A stretch of DNA of 33,735 bases from Candidatus Micrarchaeota archaeon (GTDB taxonomy: Archaea > Iainarchaeota > Iainarchaeia > Iainarchaeales > JAGVWC01). Location of the stretch: contig JAHJAQ010000028.1 in NCBI GenBank assembly GCA_018813975.1, forward strand, positions 1-33,735. The letters run 5' to 3'. The translations under genes and the position numbers were made by a program. Positions within the stretch are counted from its first letter, which is position 1, and each line of letters opens with the position of its first letter. Shown here one piece after another: positions 23,886 to 31,900 of this stretch. The notes beneath the pieces are model-generated. The model had not been told where the DNA came from and did no database searches. It worked only from the letters and a program-made list of their open reading frames with translations.

Positions 23886-24471
23886 GCCAAAAAATCAGCG
23901 TGGATTTGTGGGGCCGATTGGCGATGACTTGCCATCCTTGATTCCATTAACTGTTGCCTTGCTCATTTTTTTTAGTGCGTTTGGTTTTGCGTTTAATTCT
24001 TTTGAAGAAAAAAAAATCGAGTTTGACCAGCGCTTATTGTTATTGGGTCTTGGCAAGACCATGAAAGGAGACAGCTTATTGGATTTGTATTCTGAATGGG
24101 AAATTGCTTGTAATAGCCTAGAGGTTTCTCGTTATAATTTTAGGGCCGTGGTTTTCACAATTTCAACCAATGATGGTGCGATTTTTTATAATTATGAATT
24201 CTTTAAAGAATGGCAAGCAAAAGATGATCCTGGAGATTATTTTACTTGGACGGATAATGATCGTATTTTTCAAATGCTTGATGCCAGTGGAACTTCTCAT
24301 CCACTAGTATGTGATCGAGAAGGCACTCACGCTACGATTGGGTCCTTGGATGACATTTCTAGAGAGATTACCTTAAACAAAAATCCCTTGCGCGTGAATT
24401 ATCCACTAGCGGTTTTAGACGATAAAAAGTTTCGTCCTGCAATATTGTCGGTGATGGTATGGTACAATTAA
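23854..24471 (+). CDS. Prepilin-like protein (RG-type leader similar to the archaeal flagellin/pilin N-terminal domain), 2 Cys
   Basis: GTG start with GAGGG (23841-23845) 8 nt upstream, overlapping the previous gene by 32 nt. The N-terminus is ...KNQRGFVGPIGDDLPSLIPLTVALLIFFSAFGFAF, which resembles the RGVSPVIG... archaeal pilin-like N-terminal domain pattern. Confidence 0.6.
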   Translation: MRLELQHRDPKPKNQRGFVGPIGDDLPSLIPLTVALLIFFSAFGFAFNSFEEKKIEFDQRLLLLGLGKTMKGDSLLDLYSEWEIACNSLEVSRYNFRAVVFTISTNDGAIFYNYEFFKEWQAKDDPGDYFTWTDNDRIFQMLDASGTSHPLVCDREGTHATIGSLDDISREITLNKNPLRVNYPLAVLDDKKFRPAILSVMVWYN

Positions 24472-25787
24472 GACTAAACAATAGAGGTCAGTCCTCGATT
24501 ATGGATGCGTTTTTCTTTTTTTTAATTGTAAGTGGCTTGGCATTGTTTTTATTGTCGTTTGGAACCAATTATGGACTTTCGTTGGATGAACAAACCGAAA
24601 AAGAACAGTTTCGCGAATATGTTTCAAGCGCTTTAAAAGTAATCTTGTATTCCAGTACTCCCAGGGATCCACTGTGTAGTTTAGAGGAATGCCCTTCGAG
24701 CGGTAATCCGCCAGAAGAAATTGATTTTTTAATGGCTGCCATAAAAGAAGATTTTGCAGATGACGGTGGCTTGGATGAAACCGGGAAAAAACTGAAAGAT
24801 ATGATTCGTGCGATCATGCAGCCACTAGGAGATTCCGTGGATTATGCCTTTTATTTGTACATGCCCGACCAAATCGATAATCAAATACCTTATTTTTTGT
24901 TTTACAAGAGCGAATTTGATCCAGCTAATTGTCCGGGAGTCGAACAAGAATGCCACGTGTTTCAATACTGTAAGCCATTGGATCGTTTGGCCATGGACCA
25001 ATTCTTTTTTACCTTGCCTGGTGTTTCGCGCACGAGTTCTAGAACGGTTTTTTTGTCCGCACCAATCGTTCCGGGTCCTCGTCCAGATCAAGTAGAAAGC
25101 GAAGTGCATTTTGCGGTTTGGTCTAGTATTCGTCTTGACGATAAACCCGGGCCTGATAAACCAAATTATCCCGCATTTGCTGGCTTGGATTGTTGTATAG
25201 CTGGAACTCCTGGTTGTACTGCTGAAGAAAAGTTTGTAGGGCCCGGCGTGCAAAGCGGTGTTGCCTTTTTGTTTCCGCCTTCCACTACGTTATACCAAAA
25301 CGCAGATGGTTCTTTTAATTCTCGAACCCTCAAATTTGAAATAAAAAACGAGTCTAGTTTTCAGCTATCTAATTTACAGATTTCCAATGCGCCTGATGCT
25401 TCGTTTAATTGTATGCCTGCTTGGGTTTCCGGGCCTGTTACCATTCCCCCTATGGATGCTGCTATTGAAGTAGCTAAAGTAGATTTTATTTTGGGTTCTA
25501 GTGATGCAGCTAAAAGCCATATTGACGAGGGTTTTTGGGTGCATCTTACGGATGAAGATTTGGAATGGAACCAATCAAATGAGAGCAAGTTGGTTGCCGC
25601 GGTGTATGATGCCAGCGAGGATTTTTCCATTCGCTTGTTCAAAAAAGAATTTGTTTCCGTTACAGTAAAGAGTCCTGATGCTGATCCGCCCGTGAACCGC
25701 CAGTGCAAATTCCAATTATCCTTTTCAGACCCCGGCGGAAACTACACGAAAAACCGTTTTTTTATAATCAATCGGGTTTTCCAATAA
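24459..25787 (+). CDS. Large archaeal type IV prepilin-like protein (RGQ-type class III signal), 10 Cys
   Basis: The N-terminus is MVQLRLNNRGQSSIMDAFFFFLIVSGLALFLLSFG, with the same RGQSS context as the 22600 gene. 442 aa. It overlaps the previous gene by 13 nt. Confidence 0.75.
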   Translation: MVQLRLNNRGQSSIMDAFFFFLIVSGLALFLLSFGTNYGLSLDEQTEKEQFREYVSSALKVILYSSTPRDPLCSLEECPSSGNPPEEIDFLMAAIKEDFADDGGLDETGKKLKDMIRAIMQPLGDSVDYAFYLYMPDQIDNQIPYFLFYKSEFDPANCPGVEQECHVFQYCKPLDRLAMDQFFFTLPGVSRTSSRTVFLSAPIVPGPRPDQVESEVHFAVWSSIRLDDKPGPDKPNYPAFAGLDCCIAGTPGCTAEEKFVGPGVQSGVAFLFPPSTTLYQNADGSFNSRTLKFEIKNESSFQLSNLQISNAPDASFNCMPAWVSGPVTIPPMDAAIEVAKVDFILGSSDAAKSHIDEGFWVHLTDEDLEWNQSNESKLVAAVYDASEDFSIRLFKKEFVSVTVKSPDADPPVNRQCKFQLSFSDPGGNYTKNRFFIINRVFQ

Positions 25788-25812
25788 CCATACTATTCTA
25801 TCAGAAAAACTT

Positions 25813-27378
25813 TTATTGTTCTTTTACCTTGGTTTGGCACGTGGGACAGGTATAATAGGTTTGGCTGTCTTGTTTTTTGAAAGAACTCGCACAACTGGAA
25901 CAAAAGCCGGTTCCGCATTCATGACAGTACAAGATTTGGTCGGTTTCTTTTTGGCAGTTCGGGCATTTTTGGGTTTCTTCTTTTTTACTTGGGGTTTCTC
26001 CTTTTTCTATTTTTTCAAGTTCTTCTATTTCTCCCAACTCACTGTCTTCAGTTCCTTCTTTTTTTTCGCCTAGTAGTTCTTTGAATTCCATTTGTTTTAG
26101 TTTGTCGAGTTGGGCTTGAGAATCACTGGATTCTGCTGGTTTGGGGTTTTCTATTATTTCTTCTTTTTTATAGCGATCCCGAAACCGTCCATGCTTTCTA
26201 CTAGAATAACCGGTCTCTTCATTTCCTTCTCCAGATAACCTTCCAAGTTTGGTTTTGAGTTCTTCCAATTCTTTTTGTTTTTTTTGTTCGCGCGTGGTTT
26301 GATCGGTAATGTTTTGTGCTAGTGTATCCAATTCGTTTGTGGCATGGTCTTTTCCATGTCGAGATTCTTTTTTGAGGTCATGCAAGACTGTTCCAAATGA
26401 TGATGCATCTCGTTCAGTATATAGTTCGGCATAAGGATCATTGAAATATTCTTTTTGTGGGCTTGTTTCTCCTTTTCGTTCAAATCGCTTTAACCTTCGC
26501 GGGGTGCGTTGTTGTCCTGAACGTGGCGGACCATTGCGCGGATCATAGTGTAAGGAAGAAGAAGCTTCTCGTGCTATAGTGGACTTTTTGGATTCTTTAT
26601 TTGGAGGTGCGTTATAATAGTGTTCTTTTGATTTTCTTTTTCGACGCACTAAAAAAATAATACTGATGAGTGCCACAATACCACTGCCGGCGATTAAACC
26701 AATAGTGGTAAGGTTGTAGTTCGTGCTTTGCACTAAGGGTGTTTGGCTGCTAATGGCTAATGCGACCATATCAAATTCTGCTTTATTGTTTTGAATAATG
26801 CCATTTTGGGCATTAGTAATCATGCCGGGCAATTCCACTTGATAGGTCATTTCAAATCCCGCGGCTTTTAGAGCGGCCACGGAAGCAAAACTTTCCCCCA
26901 ATTCAAGTGGTGGTGTATCGCTTTTTGGAAATTCGATTAGACTTCCAAGTGTAGGATCAAAAGAATACGTGGTTCCCAAAAAGTCTTCTTGACTGGTGAT
27001 TGCTTCTTTCGGATACTGATAAGTTCCCGTAATGGTTACAACTCCTTCTTCCGTAGCTTGGCAATCTACATTGGATAGTTCTTGAACACCGGGCATACTA
27101 ATCGTCATGGACATTTCTGGAGTAGGGTTCGGATTGAGAATGTCATCACACAATTGATCAGGATCTAAATCAGGTATTGGAATACTGTTTGTTCCGTCGG
27201 GCATTTCACTCATGTCACTAAGCCCGGAAAGATCCATGGTCACGGTTACATTGGATAAACCGCTTGTGTTCACTTGTTCGAGAACATTCATTTTAATACA
27301 ACCAGTCAAAAAAAAGAGTAAACAAAAGAATGCCATCCAAAAAATGGTTTGCCGGTTTTTAGTGGGAAAAAATTTCAT
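25813..27378 (-). CDS. Lipobox-bearing bitopic membrane protein with a charged tail and a C-terminal double zinc ribbon
   Basis: The N-terminus is MKFFPTKNRQTIFWMAFFCLLFFLTGC (L-T-G-C lipobox). A mid-protein TM helix IGLIAGSGIVALISIIFLV is followed by RRKRKSK, then a K/E/R-rich ~230 aa segment. The C-terminus is CPNCQKETDQILYCHECGTGFCSSCAS...YYTCPTCQ. Confidence 0.75.
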   Translation of the reverse strand: MKFFPTKNRQTIFWMAFFCLLFFLTGCIKMNVLEQVNTSGLSNVTVTMDLSGLSDMSEMPDGTNSIPIPDLDPDQLCDDILNPNPTPEMSMTISMPGVQELSNVDCQATEEGVVTITGTYQYPKEAITSQEDFLGTTYSFDPTLGSLIEFPKSDTPPLELGESFASVAALKAAGFEMTYQVELPGMITNAQNGIIQNNKAEFDMVALAISSQTPLVQSTNYNLTTIGLIAGSGIVALISIIFLVRRKRKSKEHYYNAPPNKESKKSTIAREASSSLHYDPRNGPPRSGQQRTPRRLKRFERKGETSPQKEYFNDPYAELYTERDASSFGTVLHDLKKESRHGKDHATNELDTLAQNITDQTTREQKKQKELEELKTKLGRLSGEGNEETGYSSRKHGRFRDRYKKEEIIENPKPAESSDSQAQLDKLKQMEFKELLGEKKEGTEDSELGEIEELEKIEKGETPSKKEETQKCPNCQKETDQILYCHECGTGFCSSCASSFKKQDSQTYYTCPTCQTKVKEQ

Positions 27379-27389
27379 AATTGATTTTC

Positions 27390-28250
27390 CTATTCACTTG
27401 TTTTTTCTTTTTTCATGCGTTCTTTGAGTTCTTTCTTTATTTTTTCAATTTCTTCTTGACTGAGTTTTGACCTTTCTTCTTTAGCGGGTTCGGGTTTTGG
27501 TTTTTCTGAAGTGGGGTTGAATTCTTCTATTGGTATTTCTTCTTTGTCATCCATGATTTTTCGAATTTCTGATTCTACATCTTCTTCGTATTTTCCGCGT
27601 TCTGTTTTTGTTGGACTTTTTTCATTTTTTGGAGTGGCTGGAGAAAAGTGCTCTTCTATTTTTTTTTCGAGTTTGGGAACGGGTTCTTCATCTGAAATAA
27701 TCGGTGCTAGTGGTTGGAATTGTTGTGCTTTTTCTAAGAAAAGTTCTTCTGTGTTTTTTTCTGATGCGATTGGTTTTTCTTTCATGGGCCTGTCAGAAAA
27801 AACTTTTTTCATTTCTTTTTTTGGGGAAGTTGCGGGTTCGCTGTCAAAAACATTTGTGCTAATCGTGTGAATGGGGTCCATTTCCCTTGTACTTTCTTTT
27901 TCCGATTCAAAAACTGGTTCTGCTAATACTTCTTCGTGTTGTTTAAATTGGTAGAATGCCCATGCTTTTTTTCCCACCACAATGACTGCGAGAATAATAA
28001 ACGAAATGGGAATCAGCCAAAAAAATATTTCTAAGAATGCCATGTTGTTGTAGCTAATCTCGGATAAAAAAAACGATAGTAAAAAGACGATTAGGGTGTA
28101 GGCTGCGCCCGCAATAAAACTATATCCAAGCTTGTATGTTTTGGCTTTGACTTGAAAGTCCGGTAAAAAAGAAATGAATGCCCAGTATCCAATACTCGCG
28201 GATCCTCCTAATGCATACAAAAATAATCCAAATTCAATGACGTTTACCAT
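27390..28250 (-). CDS. Membrane protein (about 4 TM) with an E/K/P/S-rich C-terminal tail (hypothetical)
   Basis: 286-aa ORF. The hydrophobic N-terminal ~105 aa are followed by a low-complexity acidic/basic tail ending EEIEKIKKELKERMKKEKTSE. It is 11 nt upstream of the 521-aa gene on the same strand, with an AGGA element between them, so co-transcription is likely. Confidence 0.7.
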   Translation of the reverse strand: MVNVIEFGLFLYALGGSASIGYWAFISFLPDFQVKAKTYKLGYSFIAGAAYTLIVFLLSFFLSEISYNNMAFLEIFFWLIPISFIILAVIVVGKKAWAFYQFKQHEEVLAEPVFESEKESTREMDPIHTISTNVFDSEPATSPKKEMKKVFSDRPMKEKPIASEKNTEELFLEKAQQFQPLAPIISDEEPVPKLEKKIEEHFSPATPKNEKSPTKTERGKYEEDVESEIRKIMDDKEEIPIEEFNPTSEKPKPEPAKEERSKLSQEEIEKIKKELKERMKKEKTSE

Positions 28251-28336
28251 TCTGCTTCAATCCGTGACCTTGACTTTTTGTCTCTTTTTTTCAAGAAGCG
28301 CTCCTTATTTATACTACTTTTGCCTTTTTTCTTGGT

Positions 28337-28870
28337 ATGGTATTGGATATTTTGGGAAATTTTTTGTTTTCTTTGGCGAGCCTAGTATGGACGAGTTTTT
28401 GGTACTGCATTCCCATTTTTTTGATTGTTTTTTTAGTAGGAAGGCGATTGCATGGCTTTTGGCGTGAAAAGGCAGGGCGATCTTGGCTTCAAAGTGCTTT
28501 TCTGTCTAGTTATCTAATCGTTTTTGTATTATTAATCATTGCCTTTTTTTTCCCCGTTTGGCAGGCTTTTCAGGATTCGAGTATTGGCGTTCCTCCCCCT
28601 GAATTGCGCGTAACCCCTGTAGAAATGGGGGCTCAATTCGTTTTAGGGTTGTTTCGAATGGCAGTAGTGGGAATCTTGTTTGCCGTATTGTTATTGCCCT
28701 TGATTTTACTGGGAGAATTTGTTAAGGACTGGTTAAAAACTAGGATTCCAAATATTTGGCCGCGGTTCTTTATCGCGGTTTGGGTTGTAACATTTATTCT
28801 AGTATATTTGCTCTTGTTTTGGCTTTCCTGGGTGATTCCGGGATTGATATACCTGATATATTGGGCCTAA
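28337..28870 (+). CDS. Polytopic membrane protein (hypothetical)
   Basis: 177 aa with about 5 hydrophobic helices. TTATTTATAC at 28306-28315 is about 26 nt upstream of the ATG. No recognisable catalytic motif. Confidence 0.6.
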   Translation: MVLDILGNFLFSLASLVWTSFWYCIPIFLIVFLVGRRLHGFWREKAGRSWLQSAFLSSYLIVFVLLIIAFFFPVWQAFQDSSIGVPPPELRVTPVEMGAQFVLGLFRMAVVGILFAVLLLPLILLGEFVKDWLKTRIPNIWPRFFIAVWVVTFILVYLLLFWLSWVIPGLIYLIYWA

Positions 28871-28964
28871 GTAGGAGTATCGCCAAAAGAACATTGCCTT
28901 TTTTTATGGTCAGCCAAAAAAGTGGTTTTTAAGAAACCCAATATTTATATTATAAGAACTAATA

Positions 28965-31900
28965 TTGGTTATACTGTTTGAATGGGTTGTGGTGTTTGAA
29001 GTGAGAAGTGCAAATCAATGGGCAAGTCTTTTACTGATTTTTTTGTTGATAAACACGACTATTGCCACCTCGGCCTTGGCCCAAGAAACCAATGGAACCA
29101 CTCCTCCAGAAACAGGGAAATTGTCTCCCGAGCCTTTTCGTAATCCGCTGACTGGAGAAGTATACCGCGAACCAGAGCGCCCCCCAGAAATTCCTTTGCT
29201 GGAACAACAACAAGGTTTATTGGATTTGCAGTTACCCGAAAGTGTTATTGTACCGCAACGCACTGGTTTTGCGTGTAATAATACTGAAATGGATCCGCGT
29301 GAACGCCAAAAGTTGTGGGATACTACTTTAAAAGAAGGTTTTGTGGGAGAAGAATTGGATTCTGGCGCGCCGGGCAAACAGCATCGCGATTCGATTGATC
29401 AAAATGTCTTGTTATTGCCTGATGAAAAAGGAGAGCTTGGTATTAAACAAAAGCTTCCCAACCAAAAAATGGATCCGGCAGAACTAGATCACTTATTGAA
29501 TCGGTATTCTTCTGGTGCATTTGCATTTGGTATTTTATTACCCGATACCTTGCGAGCAGGACGATGTGAGGATGTAAACGATGGGTGTGCTTTGTTAGGC
29601 CAAAAACTACAATTGCGAAACGATGGCGCGGGAATTATTGCCAATTATAAAAATGTGTTTAGTGACGTTTGGAATTTGGTTAAACCAGAAGAAGAAAACA
29701 ATTCGGTTCAAGGTCTTTTCAAAGAAGAATTGGATACTGTAAAAGCAGAACTCATTTCTTCTATGGATGTTAACCAATTGCCCTTGCAAACCGCAGAACG
29801 ATTAAAAGGAAAAATTATTCCCAATAGTATTTTAACAGAGGAGTTTTCTTCCAGCCTAAACTCTAACTGCACCAGTGCAGCGTGTTATATTGATACGTAT
29901 TCCATGTTTGACAAAATGTTTAATGCCTATTCAAGTGGCACCCTATTGGCTACTTCTTTTGGACCTAGTTTAATGAATGCCACGCGCAGGGCATTTGGTT
30001 GGAGTGGTAGGAGAATAGATATTTTTAATCCTAAAAATAGTGTGTTGGGTAGGAAGATTCGAAGCTTGTATTCCATGCCAGATAGCTGGTATACCCAATG
30101 GGTTCAAAAGCGTCAAAACCAGCTCATTCGAAGCAAAGTACTGGACTTTGATAATTCTTTGGTAAGCGCTCAAAAAGTATTGGAAGGCGGTGGCTTTAAT
30201 GCTTGGTGGAATCCTACTTTCAAAAAAGAGCTAGCGGGTTTAACCGATCCCGTAAAGCGCGGGGACTATTATCGGTATTTTACGAACATGCAGCAATATG
30301 CGCGCAGTAATGCTTTAGCACGAGATCTGGCGGAAGAAGAATTCCTTGCGCTTACCAAAGGCCTTAGCCCAGCAGATCCGAAGTTTATTCTGGCCAAGCG
30401 CCAGTTCGCCACTAAAACTGGAAAGATTTGGCGTGACATTGATGATTTCACAGGAATTGATGTGCCCTCTTGGCATTTAAACCACAAATCCGTGAACTGG
30501 CAAAAGTATGCGGTAAAAACCGATAATGGTGCTTTTGTCCAGCCATCGGTTGATTCTGATTTTTATGATATTATGCTCAAAAAAATGGGGGATGGTCACT
30601 TTGATTTTAGTAAAGGACAAGGTATTGCCCAGTTTAGAGAAGCCTATACCAGTCGAAACGGAAAACTATTATTGTATGAGGTTAGACCGCAAGGCCAAGA
30701 AGTCACTAAAATTACACGCGATACTTTAGAGGATGCGGTTGCAAGAGGAAACTTTGGAAACATGTATGCGCGATTGGATGATGAAGCCTTTGTGCCCTTG
30801 CAAAAAAATAACTTGGATTATATTTTGAAAAAAACCACGGGCGATGTAGGCGTGTATCGGGGTGGTTATGCAGAAGCACGCGAGTTTTCCGTGGATGACT
30901 TAGCGGATTTAATGTTGGGCGATCGTGGAGCCAAACCCGTTAAAGCGTTTGCACGCAACATGGACACGATTGTGGCGAGCGTGCGTGAAAACGGATGGCA
31001 GTATCGCCAACACTGGGGCAGTTTATTGGACCAGTATTTTGCCAAACACCAGAATATAGTCAAAACCTATTTGAGCCCAAAAGGAGGATTAAAACTAACA
31101 GCCTATCCTTTTGCATTTTGGGGTTTTAAAAGAGGATTTGGACAAGAAGCCGTTTCGCTTTATCAATTACCCGATACGTGGACTAGCTTGGATATTTATC
31201 ATGGTGAAAGTGACTTGTTTAACAATTCGTTCATTGATTTTTTCGCAAATGCGGGTAGCGACCAAGGCGATATTTTTGTAGCGTTTTTGAACAAACTTCC
31301 CTGGAAAATGATTTTGGATGAATTATCCCAAGAATACAATCCTATTAACGAATTATACCAAAGCATTACACACAATGAAATGAGAAGCGAGGTGGGAAAC
31401 CTTGCGGTGTATACTTCTGGTTCGGATGATTGTGAGCATTGCAAGATTTCCCTGCAAACCAAGGACTTGCGCACTTTTTCGCCATTCTTTTTTTCACCCG
31501 AAGAACTAAACTCGTTTATTTTAGAGGACACGCCTCCGAAAGAACAAGAAATTGGTCAAAACCTGATTGCTTATACGTATCGAACGAATTTGAAAGGCGA
31601 TACAAGAGACATGGATACCGAGAGTGGCGGTGTTGATTTAGAGGATGCGATTCGCAATAAGGAAACCTGTCAGGATGCGGTTAAAAAAATGAATGCAAGC
31701 ATTCCCGTGTTTGGCAGGATATTACCAGAGGGTAGTTCTGTTGGCGGTGCCCTGGCTTTTGGAGAAGCAATTGGATACGCGGTTTTTACTTGGACTGGTT
31801 TTCTAGGCTCGGCGGTTCAACAAGTATTGCTCACTCCGCAATTACAAGATTGTGTGGATACCCAAGAAGGTTATTTTGTGCACTTTTTTGCGCCCGCCAT

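Noticed and set aside
13483-25787. Considered an archaellum (archaeal flagellum) or a bacterial type IV pilus / T2SS
   Set aside because: There are no archaellin-like subunits and no FlaC/D/E, FlaF/G or FlaH. The pilin leaders lack the bacterial G/FxxxE signature and there are no PilM/N/O/Q or secretin genes. An archaeal adhesion-pilus-like system fits better.
27511-27870. 119-aa + strand S/F/G-rich ORF, plus 25816..26073 (+)
   Set aside because: They are antisense readings of the purine-rich DNA encoding the E/K-rich tails of the minus-strand genes.
28337-28870. Considered whether the 177-aa membrane protein is the missing prepilin peptidase
   Set aside because: I found no pair of membrane-embedded Asp residues and no GxGD-type motif as in A24/PibD/FlaK/EppA peptidases. 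It is left as a hypothetical membrane protein.
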